DNA of 64,000 nucleotides from an uncultured cyanobacterium (GCA_963719515.1 CAVRCJ010000006.1:96001-160000), one strand, 5' to 3'; shown: positions 11,939 to 21,769, numbered from the stretch's first letter. The notes: a model not told the origin generated them from the letters alone. Made by a program: numbers and translations.

Positions 11939-14062
11939 ATGTCACCGACAATATCCCGTAGCACCGAGCAATTTAGCAATCCGCAGACTGTTGACGCCGT
12001 GCAGAGAGCGGTACCCACAAAGCGAGCGCTACTCGTGGGGGGCAGCGAATATGGAAAAGGACTCGCCCCCCTTAAAGCGCCCCTGAACGACGTGGCCGCC
12101 CTAGGACGCGTGCTCAGCAACCCAGAACTGGGGCAGTTTGACCAGATCGATATTCTGACAAACCCCGACCCGCAAACCTTGAGGGAAGCTATTGAAGAGC
12201 TGTTTTGCACCGCCAGTAAAGACGACCTGGTGCTGCTGTTTTTTTCCGGCCACGGCCTTAAAGACGACCGCAATCGGCTCTACTTCGCCACGCGCCTTAC
12301 CCGCAAAACCGCTAAAGGAGCCTTGGTGAAATCCACCGCCGTTCCCGCTAGCTTTGTTCAAGATCAGATGGGAGAGAGCTTGAGCAGGCGGCAAATCGTA
12401 ATGCTCGACTGCTGCTTTAGCGGCGCGTTTGCCGTGGGAATGACGGCCAAATCTGACAATACCGTAGACCTGCAGGCTCAGCTCGGCGGCCAAGGGCGGG
12501 TCGTTCTCACCTCATCTACCTCCACCCAGTATTCTTTTGAGCAAGATAGCTCAGATTTATCCCTCTATACTCAATACATCGTTGATGGTATTGAGACAGG
12601 AGCGGCTGACGTAGACACTGACGGCTATGTCAGCGTTGACGAACTGCACGATTATGCCTGCCGCAAACTGGGAGAATCGGCTTCGGCCATGCAGCCCAAA
12701 ATCTATGCCTTTGACCAGGGCTTCAAGATACATCTCGCCAAAGCACCTCTAGGAGATCCTGCACTTCGCTACCGCAAAGAGGCCGAGGCATTGATCACCC
12801 GGGGTCCCCTGTCAGTGGTGGGACGCTTTATGCTCAATGAGCTCCGGGATAGCTTGGGGATCTCTCCTGCGCAGGCCGATGCCATTGAGACAGGGGTTTG
12901 CAAGCCGCAGAGAGACCATCAAGACAGACGACGGAAATACTTTCAGGCCGTGCTGGCCGCCAGGGAGCAACCCGTGAGCGATCGCACCTGGGCAGACTTG
13001 GAGCGCTTCCAGGCTCTACTCGGACTCTCGGAGGCCGATGGGACTGAGATTCGTCAGCAGGCGGAAGCATACGCCCGCAGTGCCCCCGCTGAGGTACTTC
13101 CACAAGCTGCCCCTGGCCCGCCCGTGCTGCAGCCGATGCCCTATGCCACCGGAACTCTCGCCAGCGTACGCTCCGGCTTTTTGGGACTAGGCGGGATGTT
13201 GCTAGAGGTGCGCTATTGCTCTCAGTCGGCAGACACCTTCACCGAAGTCCTAGGCAGCAGCGCAGCGCTGAGCATGATCTCCATCCCTGCAGGGGCCTTC
13301 ACTATGGGCTCCCACGTCTCGGAAGACGGCCATTGGGAAGTTGAGGGGCCAGAACACGCTGTCGCAGTAGCCACATTCTTTATGGGGCAGTATGCGGTCA
13401 CACAAGCGCAGTGGCAAGCGGTCGCCGCCTACCCCAAAGTTGAGATTGACCTACCGCCTAGCCCCGCCCTGTTTCAAAGCCAGGCCTCCCGCACTATCCA
13501 GGCACACCATCCCGTGGAGCAGGTGGCGTGGCACGAGGCTGTAGAGTTTTGTCGGCGGCTGTCTCAAAAGACAGGGAGACGCTACCGCCTCCCCAGCGAA
13601 GCCGAGTGGGAATACGCCTGCCGCGCCGGAACGAAGACGCCGTTTTGTTTCGGAGGCACGATCACAACTGAGGTTGCCAACTACAACGGCACCTTCACCT
13701 ACGCCGCCGAACCTGAAGGAACTCACCGGAAGCAAACCGTCGCGGTGGGGACATTCCCCGCCAACGGCTTTGGGCTGTACGACATGCACGGCAACGTCTG
13801 GGAATGGTGCGCCGACTGCTGGCACGATCGCTACTCTGACTCCCCCGCAGATGGCAGTGCTTGGCTTAATGGGGCTAAAAGTGATGGCGATAGAAGCGAT
13901 CGGAGAGATCCCGCCAGCAGCGCTTCCGGCCCACGCCGGGTCATTCGCGGCGGCTCTTGGATGGACAACCCCAGCACTTGCCGCTCGGCCTCCCGAATCT
14001 GGATGGCTGCTGACGTTCGAAACGGAGATTTAGGGTTTCGAGTAGTCTGTGATGGGCTTTAA
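11939..14062 (+). CDS. Caspase-like peptidase (C14) fused to a C-terminal FGE-sulfatase/CLec-fold domain
   Basis: Catalytic dyad FSGHG (His codon 12251) and LDCC (Cys codon 12410); C-terminal RLPSEAEWEYACRAGT, YDMHGNVWEW, RGGSW...GFRVV. Confidence 0.92.
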   Translation: MSPTISRSTEQFSNPQTVDAVQRAVPTKRALLVGGSEYGKGLAPLKAPLNDVAALGRVLSNPELGQFDQIDILTNPDPQTLREAIEELFCTASKDDLVLLFFSGHGLKDDRNRLYFATRLTRKTAKGALVKSTAVPASFVQDQMGESLSRRQIVMLDCCFSGAFAVGMTAKSDNTVDLQAQLGGQGRVVLTSSTSTQYSFEQDSSDLSLYTQYIVDGIETGAADVDTDGYVSVDELHDYACRKLGESASAMQPKIYAFDQGFKIHLAKAPLGDPALRYRKEAEALITRGPLSVVGRFMLNELRDSLGISPAQADAIETGVCKPQRDHQDRRRKYFQAVLAAREQPVSDRTWADLERFQALLGLSEADGTEIRQQAEAYARSAPAEVLPQAAPGPPVLQPMPYATGTLASVRSGFLGLGGMLLEVRYCSQSADTFTEVLGSSAALSMISIPAGAFTMGSHVSEDGHWEVEGPEHAVAVATFFMGQYAVTQAQWQAVAAYPKVEIDLPPSPALFQSQASRTIQAHHPVEQVAWHEAVEFCRRLSQKTGRRYRLPSEAEWEYACRAGTKTPFCFGGTITTEVANYNGTFTYAAEPEGTHRKQTVAVGTFPANGFGLYDMHGNVWEWCADCWHDRYSDSPADGSAWLNGAKSDGDRSDRRDPASSASGPRRVIRGGSWMDNPSTCRSASRIWMAADVRNGDLGFRVVCDGL

Positions 14063-14066
14063 CGGC

Positions 14067-15302
14067 CTACTGAGTTGAATGGGCATCAACGGCATATAGG
14101 TCGCGCCCCTGACCTAGGGAAAACCGTAGGGAGTGAGCTAGGTCTTTGCTGGAGAAGGTGATAAATACCAGCAGCCCTAAAAAGATCAGCCCCGCCGCCA
14201 GTCCAAAGATACCGCTGTAGCCGATCGCATCTGCGAAGCTGCCGAGAATAGGCCCTGCCATAGCTAGCCCCACGTCAAATCCCACCATGCACAGGCCAAA
14301 AATTCGGCCTCGCTCGTTGGGAAGAGAGCGATCCGCCATTAGCGCCGCCATCGTCGGGATCACAATCCCCGCGCCTGCCCCTTGAAGCGCCGCCCCCAGC
14401 AAAAATGCAGGCGCGCTCTCAGCCTGCCAGAGCACCACCATAGCGCTGCCGTAGAGCAGTAGACTCAGCGAAATGAATCGCCCACGACCGTGGTGGTCGG
14501 AGGCTCGCCCCGTCAGCAGCCGAACAGAAAAGCTAGCGATCGCCGCAGCCGTATAAAACAGCCCCACGTTGAAGTCAGCCCCGGTGTCGCGAATGTACAG
14601 CGGCACAAAGGTGCTGATCGCCCCAAACGCAATCCCCACCATCAATAGCACCGTTACGGGAACGCGGAGGCGATCGGTTCCCAGCAGCCGCCAAAACTGC
14701 CCCTCCGGCTGATCTGCTGTAGGATTGGCCCGCTGCGGCTCCCACAGCCTCAAGACGCACAGCAGCCCCAGACCGCCCGCCCCGGCGGCAAGTAAAAATG
14801 CAGGCTTGTAGCCCCCCGCTGTGTAAAGCAAGCCTCCCAAGGCGGGTCCGATTGCTAGCCCAAGGGGATTGACCAGGCTCATGTAGCCAATCAGCTCTCC
14901 CCGATTTTGGGGCGGAGACACGTCGACAACTAAGGCGCTGTATCCTGTCGCAAATGCCGCTATGCTAATGCCGTGAAACGCCCGCAGCACCGTGAGCAGC
15001 ACCAGCGAGTGCGTGAACAGGTAACCCAGAGGCGCTAGGGCGACCGCCCCCATCCCAATCAGCAGAACCAGCTTGCGGCTATGCCAATCTGCCAGTTTGG
15101 AGAGCCGCGACTTAAAGAGCAATAGCCCGATCGCAAAGGACGCCATTACCGTACCCACCTGCTGGGTCGTGGCTCCGGCGTCCTCGATGTAAAGCGGCAG
15201 CGTGGGCAACAAAGAGGCAAGCCCAATCCAAAACAGTAGACCTGCCGCAAATAGAATAGATAGATTGATCTGGTGCTCTCGGCTGAGCGTTTTCAACAGC
15301 AA
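14067..15302 (-). CDS. MFS transporter
   Basis: About 12 TM segments; motif A-like GRASDHHGR; RGELIG and RGRIFG. Confidence 0.9.
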   Translation of the reverse strand: MLLKTLSREHQINLSILFAAGLLFWIGLASLLPTLPLYIEDAGATTQQVGTVMASFAIGLLLFKSRLSKLADWHSRKLVLLIGMGAVALAPLGYLFTHSLVLLTVLRAFHGISIAAFATGYSALVVDVSPPQNRGELIGYMSLVNPLGLAIGPALGGLLYTAGGYKPAFLLAAGAGGLGLLCVLRLWEPQRANPTADQPEGQFWRLLGTDRLRVPVTVLLMVGIAFGAISTFVPLYIRDTGADFNVGLFYTAAAIASFSVRLLTGRASDHHGRGRFISLSLLLYGSAMVVLWQAESAPAFLLGAALQGAGAGIVIPTMAALMADRSLPNERGRIFGLCMVGFDVGLAMAGPILGSFADAIGYSGIFGLAAGLIFLGLLVFITFSSKDLAHSLRFSLGQGRDLYAVDAHSTQ

Positions 15303-15473
15303 GCCAGCGCTCTCCCTTTTTCCAAAATGCTAAAGCGGCAGCACTATGGATGCGGTACCGCTCTTCCGAAATTGTCAGCAATAGGTGACTCACCATAGCT
15401 TAACAATTCTGTAACATTTTGGAAGAGGCCGTCGAATTTTAGGCGGGATTACCGAAGGGCAACCTCTCAGAGG

Positions 15474-15686
15474 CTACGCAATCTGCCGAGAGATGAGCTT
15501 CTCCGCATCGGCCTGGGTTTGCTGAAGGAGCTGCTGCCGGCTGTCTGTTGCCTGAATGATCGTAGGCAATAGGTTGCGGGCCTGAAGAGCCATATGGAGC
15601 TGCAGATGAGCAACGTAATCGCTAAACTGACCGTCGTCATTGAGCGAGCAGGCAGGAGCGGAAAGCGGTGGGTGCATGTCAGCCAT
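15474..15686 (-). CDS. Small hypothetical protein (70 aa)
   Basis: HLQLHMALQARNL...DSRQQLLQQTQA..EK..SRQ resembles a conserved cyanobacterial small protein; start chosen at ATG 15686. Confidence 0.65.
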   Translation of the reverse strand: MADMHPPLSAPACSLNDDGQFSDYVAHLQLHMALQARNLLPTIIQATDSRQQLLQQTQADAEKLISRQIA

Positions 15687-15954
15687 TGCGAGTCTATAAA
15701 GGTATTCAATCGAGAGCCTAATGGAGGGAGAAACCACAGCTGGTAAACCCTAAAAAATCATCCTTCAGAAGTCTAGGATGCATTAAGCAATTGTTAAGCT
15801 TGTTCTGTAACTGAAGGTAGCACGGAGACTTTCACAGCTTGCCACTTCGCAACGAAGTGTAACTCTACGCGGCTCAGACCGTACAATTGTCCTGTCCTAG
15901 CCGCGATCGCTGCCCCATAGAAGATTTATCAATCTATTTATCAATCTAGAGGTT

Positions 15955-16752
15955 ATGCCCATAGATCGGTTTGATGTCCGGCCCAAAGCTTTGATTTTCG
16001 ATGTGGATGGAACGCTAGCTGACACTGAGCGAGACGGTCACCGGGTGGCTTTCAATCAGACGTTTGCTGAACTGAATCTGAAGTGGTTTTGGACTGAGGA
16101 CCTATACGGCGACCTGCTCGTTGTTGCTGGCGGCAAAGAGCGGCTCCGATATTTTATTCAGTGTCACAAACCAGAAATCCCATCGGCGCTTGCCCCTCAA
16201 TCTGAAGACCAGCTCACTGAGCTGGTCCACAAGCTCCATCACCTCAAAAATATTCACTACAAGCAGCGAATTCGCAGCGGCAAGCTTCCGCTGAGGCTGG
16301 GAGTGGGCCGATTGCTGTGCGAGGCGAGGCAAGCGGGTATTCGGCTGGCGATCGCCACCACAAGCGCCCTAGAGAATGTAGTGGCGCTGCTGGACAGTAC
16401 GTTAGGGGCAGAGTCTTTGGACTGGTTTGACGTGATTGCAGCGGGCGATATCGTGGCTCAAAAAAAGCCCGCCCCCGACATCTATCACTACGTGCTGGAG
16501 CAAATTGAGCTCCCCCCCAGCGACTGCATCGTGATTGAAGATTCCCAATACGGCCTGCAGTCGGCGACTGCAGCGGGGGTAAACGTGATTGTGACGGTCA
16601 ACGGCTACACCAAAACCCAGGGATTCTCCTCGGCGCGCCTCGTTCTCAACCACTTGGGAGAACCCGAGCGACCGTTTCGCCCCATCGGCGGCAATGCCTA
16701 TGGCTTCTCGCACGTCACCCCTGACCTCCTAGCTAGAATCATGGCGAAGTAA
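15955..16752 (+). CDS. cbbY: HAD hydrolase, CbbY-like (xylulose-1,5-bisphosphate phosphatase family)
   Basis: FDVDGTLADTERDGHRVAFN, GGKER, KKPAPDIY and EDS motifs. Confidence 0.8.
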   Translation: MPIDRFDVRPKALIFDVDGTLADTERDGHRVAFNQTFAELNLKWFWTEDLYGDLLVVAGGKERLRYFIQCHKPEIPSALAPQSEDQLTELVHKLHHLKNIHYKQRIRSGKLPLRLGVGRLLCEARQAGIRLAIATTSALENVVALLDSTLGAESLDWFDVIAAGDIVAQKKPAPDIYHYVLEQIELPPSDCIVIEDSQYGLQSATAAGVNVIVTVNGYTKTQGFSSARLVLNHLGEPERPFRPIGGNAYGFSHVTPDLLARIMAK

Positions 16753-16878
16753 CGCACAGGTTTGGCCTATCGCCCCGAGCGACTGGCACACCGGACTCGG
16801 CCCGCAATTCGAATCACCTCTATGATAAAGAAGGACGTGCAGCTACCGCGCCACAATGCCGTCAAGCCCCCGCCTTTT

Positions 16879-17667
16879 ATGAAACCGTTACTCATCACTG
16901 CCCTGCTGCTCAGCCTCTTTGCTCTCCCTGCAGAGGCCCAAGAGAGCCGCTCTCGCCGCAGCACCTCTCAGCGGCTAGAGCAACTGCAGCGCGATCGCCG
17001 CTCAGGGCACTCTGAGCGCGAGCAGGGTTTTGAGCGCCGCGAGTCTGAGCGCTACAATTCTGAGCGCTACAATTCTGAGCGTCGTGATTTTGAGCGCCGC
17101 GAGTCTAGCCGTAATGACGGCACCCCGAGTCGCTCGTATGACCCCGAAGATTTGGAATACCGCCGGGATTCCGGCCACTCCGTCCGGCGCGGGTCGACCC
17201 ACGACCTGGGCAATCGTGGCGGCAGGTCCGTCTTCGGCCTGAGCAACGAGCGGGGCGTGATCATTTTTGAGCCTAGCCGCACCCTAATTATTCAGCAGCG
17301 CGATCGCAATGAGGGCCGGGGCGTAATTGACCTGGACCGCGATCGAGACCTTGTCCCGCCCAGTCGCCTACCTGACTTCGTGACGCCAGTTCCCACGGTC
17401 GCTGTACCCCAGTCTCAGCAACAGGATCCCAGGCGGCTGCACGGCGAGACGATTTCTCCCTTCACGGCTCGGGTGTATGCCAAGTCAGCCTTGGCGGGGT
17501 ACGAAGGGCCTAGTGAGGTATACTCCGTAATCACGCGCTTCTCGCCGGGTCAGAGGGTGACGGCGCTCCAGTCTGCTGGAGGGGCAGACGGCTTTCAGTG
17601 GTATTTAGTCGCCTCGGAGCGGCAGTCTGCCTGGGTGCGGGGCGATCGCCTTTTATTGGTGCAGTAG
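16879..17667 (+). CDS. Secreted protein with charged pentapeptide repeats and a C-terminal SH3b-like domain
   Basis: Signal peptide MKPLLITALLLSLFALPAEA; C-terminal DGFQWYLV...AWVRGD. Confidence 0.65.
   Translation: MKPLLITALLLSLFALPAEAQESRSRRSTSQRLEQLQRDRRSGHSEREQGFERRESERYNSERYNSERRDFERRESSRNDGTPSRSYDPEDLEYRRDSGHSVRRGSTHDLGNRGGRSVFGLSNERGVIIFEPSRTLIIQQRDRNEGRGVIDLDRDRDLVPPSRLPDFVTPVPTVAVPQSQQQDPRRLHGETISPFTARVYAKSALAGYEGPSEVYSVITRFSPGQRVTALQSAGGADGFQWYLVASERQSAWVRGDRLLLVQ
17029..17103 (+). repeat. Five degenerate 15-bp in-frame tandem units (T[CT]TGAGCG...)
   Basis: tttgagcgccgcgag / tctgagcgctacaat x2 / tctgagcgtcgtgat / tttgagcgccgcgag. Confidence 0.85.
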
Positions 17668-17670
17668 ATT

Positions 17671-18522
17671 ATGGACTGGCAAGACAGACAGGGAAATTGG
17701 ATACTATTGCCCGACCGGCCCCGAGCCATCATTCATTTTTTGGGCGGGGCTTTTGTAGCGGGTGCGCCTCACCTCACCTACCGCTGGCTCTTGGAGCAGC
17801 TGGCCCAACAGGGATACGTGATTGTGGCGACGCCGTTCATCAATACCATGGACCACAGCGCCATCGCTCGCCAAGTGCTGCTTACGTTTGACCGGGCGCA
17901 GGACTATTTGAAGGCGACCTTGGAGCAGCAGTATCTGCCGATTTACGGCCTGGGGCACAGCATGGGCTGCAAGGTCCATCTGCTGATTGGCAGTCTGTTT
18001 GACGAGGAGCGGGCGGGCAATATCTTTTTGGCGTTCAACAACTTCCCGGCGCGGCGCTCAATTCCCCTAGTAGAGCAGCTCACCCAGGCCTCCTCCCAGT
18101 TCTCCTCGATGCTGGACATGGCGCGGCGATCGCTGCCGGGGCTCGACCAGTTCACCCAGCCGTCTGTAAACCCCAATATTGAGTTTGTGCCCTCCCCGGA
18201 GGAAACGGTAACGCTGGTAATAGACCGCTACCGAGTGCGGCGCAACCTGCTGGTCCAGTTTAGCCGCGACGACATCGACCAGACCCAGATGCTCTACGAC
18301 GCGCTGCAGCGATCGCCTGAGCTGGTGACGCTGCGATCGCTGCCGGGCAACCACCTAACCCCGCTGGGCCAAGACATTCCCTGGCAGCCGGGGACGGCGT
18401 TCTCTCCTATTGACGCGATGGGGCAGATGGTCAAGCAAGAGCTATACCGCGATTTAAATCGATTAAGGCGGGAGATGCTGGTTTGGCTAGACCCAGTGCG
18501 GTTTGGCGCGCTGCCGAAGTGA
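17671..18522 (+). CDS. DUF1350 family alpha/beta hydrolase
   Basis: IIHFLGGAFV; nucleophile elbow GHSMG; GNHLTP. Confidence 0.85.
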   Translation: MDWQDRQGNWILLPDRPRAIIHFLGGAFVAGAPHLTYRWLLEQLAQQGYVIVATPFINTMDHSAIARQVLLTFDRAQDYLKATLEQQYLPIYGLGHSMGCKVHLLIGSLFDEERAGNIFLAFNNFPARRSIPLVEQLTQASSQFSSMLDMARRSLPGLDQFTQPSVNPNIEFVPSPEETVTLVIDRYRVRRNLLVQFSRDDIDQTQMLYDALQRSPELVTLRSLPGNHLTPLGQDIPWQPGTAFSPIDAMGQMVKQELYRDLNRLRREMLVWLDPVRFGALPK

Positions 18523-18687
18523 TGGGCCAAGCGTTCCCCGTCTTGCAAAGGCATAGACTGCTGGCCACTAACCTTGGCCACCCACAATAGTGCCCCCCAC
18601 CCGCAAAAATTTACCCCATAGGATTGACGCGCCCCACTCAGGTCAAAAATACCCTGGTAAACGTGATTATGCGATTTTAAGGTAACT

Positions 18688-19329
18688 ATGCAGGTTCCAC
18701 TAGAACTGTCCTATCGAGATGTCGAGCGCTCTGAGGCAATAGATGCCCTGATTCAAGAGAAACTGGAGAAGCTTGAAGAGGCCTGCGACCACATCAGCAG
18801 CTGCAGCATTGTCGTCGAGCGGGCCCACACTCGGCCCGATAGCGGGTCTCCCTTCCGCGTCCGTATTGACTTGACGGTGCCGCCCGGCCACGAAATTGTG
18901 GCGGAGAAAAGCCCCGATGATGGGGTGCAGTATGTGCCTCTAGACGCCGTAATTCGCGACGCCTTCGAAGCGGCTCGCCGCCAGCTGGTGGCGCTCAACG
19001 ATCGCCAAACGGGGCAGGTGAAAACCCATCCGCAGCAGATGGTGGCCGGTATCGTCACGACTCTATTCCCAAAAGAAGACTACGGCTTCATTAAGACGCC
19101 CGTCGAGGCCGACATCTACTTCAACCGCAACAGCGTGCTCAACGACGACTTCGAGCGGATTGAGTTAGGAACGGGCGTGCAGTTTTTTCGGGTAGAAGCG
19201 GAAGATGGCCCTCGGGCGAGCAGCGTGAAGATCGTAGACACTCCCGGCATTCGCCCCCCGGAAGAGCGAGAGGAAGAAATCGTGCCGCCGCCAATGGGCT
19301 GGGAGCAGCAGGATAACCTCAACGCGTGA
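18688..19329 (+). CDS. HPF/RaiA-family ribosome-associated protein fused to a cold-shock (OB) domain
   Basis: N-terminal HPF-like fold (FRVRIDLTVP, IRDAFEAARRQL); C-terminal YGFI...IYFNRNSV...GPRAS. Confidence 0.85.
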   Translation: MQVPLELSYRDVERSEAIDALIQEKLEKLEEACDHISSCSIVVERAHTRPDSGSPFRVRIDLTVPPGHEIVAEKSPDDGVQYVPLDAVIRDAFEAARRQLVALNDRQTGQVKTHPQQMVAGIVTTLFPKEDYGFIKTPVEADIYFNRNSVLNDDFERIELGTGVQFFRVEAEDGPRASSVKIVDTPGIRPPEEREEEIVPPPMGWEQQDNLNA

Positions 19330-19342
19330 GACTGCGCTGAGG

Positions 19343-20146
19343 TCACTCTGCCGGGGGCGAGACAATGCGGAACCGTCCCCCGTCAGCTTCAACCCGCCCC
19401 CCCAGCCGCTCGATCTGCTGAATGGCCCACTGCTGGGTCGCTTCATCAAATGCGTTGGAGAGCACCATAGCCCAGGCTGAGAGCTGGGCCTCCGTACTGT
19501 CTGGGTTCTCCTGCAGCGCCTGCGCTGTTCTAAGAGACCGAGCCGCGATCGCCTGACTTTCGGGGTCGTCGTAAACGCTGGCCCATTCGGCGGCTGTGGC
19601 AAAGGACTGAGCGGCGGCCTCAGAGTCGCCCAAAAACAGCAGCTCGTCGGTGGCCTTATAGCGCCAGATGACGTAGGCTCGCTCAGGGGTTGTCGGGGTG
19701 AGGCGGGGGAGCTCCCGCTCGAAGATTTCGAGGGTGCGCTGGGGCTGACCTGCAAACAGGGTGCTGCTGGCTGAGAGAAACAGGTAGCCATCCTTAAAGT
19801 AGGGGTCGCGGGCAAGGATGACGTCAAAGTAGTCTGGACTGAGCCCGTAGCCCGTTTGGCGTCGAGCTTCCACCTCGCCGAAGTATTGGATAAACTGCAG
19901 CATGACCCAGTCGGCGATCAGATTGCTGAAGCCAAATGAGGGAAGCTGCTTGAGGGCGCTGAGCTGCTGCCGTCGCGCTTCTACTGCCTGCTCTGAGGCG
20001 GTTTGCTCAAAGCCAGAGGCGCGTTTGAGGGCGGCCAGCTGCTGACTTTGCAGCCGCAAAATCCCGGCGGCACTAATGAGGGCGATCGCCAAAAGTATTA
20101 GAGGTTGAGCAGACCTGGACCTAAAGGTATTTACTGGCTGCGTCAT
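19343..20146 (-). CDS. Hypothetical TPR-like protein with an N-terminal membrane anchor, in the pilin locus
   Basis: Start at ATG 20146 avoids overlap with the divergent gene; FGFSNLIADW..LQFIQYFG, DPYF and helical repeats. Confidence 0.7.
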   Translation of the reverse strand: MTQPVNTFRSRSAQPLILLAIALISAAGILRLQSQQLAALKRASGFEQTASEQAVEARRQQLSALKQLPSFGFSNLIADWVMLQFIQYFGEVEARRQTGYGLSPDYFDVILARDPYFKDGYLFLSASSTLFAGQPQRTLEIFERELPRLTPTTPERAYVIWRYKATDELLFLGDSEAAAQSFATAAEWASVYDDPESQAIAARSLRTAQALQENPDSTEAQLSAWAMVLSNAFDEATQQWAIQQIERLGGRVEADGGRFRIVSPPAE

Positions 20147-20197
20147 TCTGATAGGGTGATGACATCTTAATATAGTGTCGCACCAACGCTGCCTGCC

Positions 20198-21769
20198 ATG
20201 GACGCCATAGACCCAAATAGCGTCTACGCAGACGCCTACCGACAGTATCTTCAGAACAACCAAGCGCTACATCAGGTTGATGGGGTGGTGAATCAAGCGC
20301 TGCAAAATACGCTTTGGGAAGACCCCAAAACAGATCGAGACTACCGCAACGCTGCGGTAGTAGCTTTAGTTATCGCCGAGAGTTCAGAAGATGCCCAACG
20401 CAGCCTCTATCTCAACGGGGCTCTAGAGGCGCTGCAGTCTACCCGTGACCCGATCTGTGCCGCTCACCGCTGCCTGCTTGCGGTGCTGCTGGGCGAGCCT
20501 AAGACTGTACAGCAGGCGCTTTCAACCCTGCTATCGCTGGCGGCGGCGGACCTCAGCGAGACCCTGCCATTGGGATTGGTCTACGTTCCGCCTACCCGGC
20601 CCCCTGCGCTCCGTTCAGATCTGCTGCTAACGCTTTGGCAGGCCCGCAACCCCCAGCACCAAGCGCTGCTGCTGACGGTGGAGGCTCTAAGGCGATCGCC
20701 CCTTGTTTTCTACAACGCTCAAGGGCTGAGATTTTTGCAGCTGGCAGTGGCGCACTATCCCCAGGTGGCGGTTCTCCAGCTGCAGCTAGGCGTTGCAATG
20801 CTGTTTAGCGGGCGTGTAGAGGGGATGGTCAATCTTCATGAGGCTCAAACCCTGGCCTCCCAGGGCGCTTGTAGTGCAAGTGCCGCCATGTACCAGGCGC
20901 TGCACTTGGCCTACCGCCCGCTATCGGAGCCACAGGCGAATCGTTGGCACCGTCAAGCGATCGCTGCTGCCCAAGGCGGGGCCGCTTGGCGGTGGACCCG
21001 CCTGCCCCCAGATAGTCCCATAACTTACATCCCGTTTGACGGATTGACCCTGGCGGTGGAGGCCAACTTGCGCAGCATCGTCACCAGCGTTTTGCTGACG
21101 GAGGGCACGTGGTTCGAGGCCGAGCTAGCGCTGTGGCAGCAGCACATCCAGCCGGGTATGGTAGTCATTGACGTGGGTGCAAACGTAGGGGTGTATACCT
21201 TTAGCGCGGCGGTGCGAGTGGGTCGTAGTGGCCGGGTGTTTGCCGTAGAGCCGTTTGCGGGCTGTGTGCAGTGCCTGGAGGAGACCTGCCGCGTCAATGC
21301 CTTAGACTGGGTGACGGTCTGTGCCGCTGCGGCGAGCGATCGCCCCGGATCGGCTCAGCTCTCCCTGAACGCTTCTAGTGAGTTAAATGAGCTAGTTACT
21401 GGCCCTACCGACCCCGCTGGCCCTGCTGTCGATAAGTCGACAACCGTCTCCTGCATCACCTTAGATAGCCTTGTGGACGAGCATGGTCTAGAGCGAGTGG
21501 ACTGGATCAAGATCGATGCGGAAGGGCACGAGCTGTCTGTACTGCAAGGGGCGACGTCGCTGCTGCAGCGATTTAGGCCTCGTGTTCTCTACGAAAACGT
21601 GGCGGCGGCACAGGGGGCAAATCTAGAGGTGAGCCGCTGGCTGCAGCAGGCGGGCTACCGGCTACATCGCTACCGTCCCTATGCAAAGGAGCTAGAGCCA
21701 GTGGAGAACCTAACGGGAACCCAGGGCGTGCTCAATCTCGTTGCCATACCTGCGCCCCATCGCTCTTGA
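20198..21769 (+). CDS. FkbM family methyltransferase with an N-terminal helical/TPR-like region
   Basis: VIDVGANVG, AVEP, TLD and IKIDAEGHE motifs. Confidence 0.88.
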   Translation: MDAIDPNSVYADAYRQYLQNNQALHQVDGVVNQALQNTLWEDPKTDRDYRNAAVVALVIAESSEDAQRSLYLNGALEALQSTRDPICAAHRCLLAVLLGEPKTVQQALSTLLSLAAADLSETLPLGLVYVPPTRPPALRSDLLLTLWQARNPQHQALLLTVEALRRSPLVFYNAQGLRFLQLAVAHYPQVAVLQLQLGVAMLFSGRVEGMVNLHEAQTLASQGACSASAAMYQALHLAYRPLSEPQANRWHRQAIAAAQGGAAWRWTRLPPDSPITYIPFDGLTLAVEANLRSIVTSVLLTEGTWFEAELALWQQHIQPGMVVIDVGANVGVYTFSAAVRVGRSGRVFAVEPFAGCVQCLEETCRVNALDWVTVCAAAASDRPGSAQLSLNASSELNELVTGPTDPAGPAVDKSTTVSCITLDSLVDEHGLERVDWIKIDAEGHELSVLQGATSLLQRFRPRVLYENVAAAQGANLEVSRWLQQAGYRLHRYRPYAKELEPVENLTGTQGVLNLVAIPAPHRS

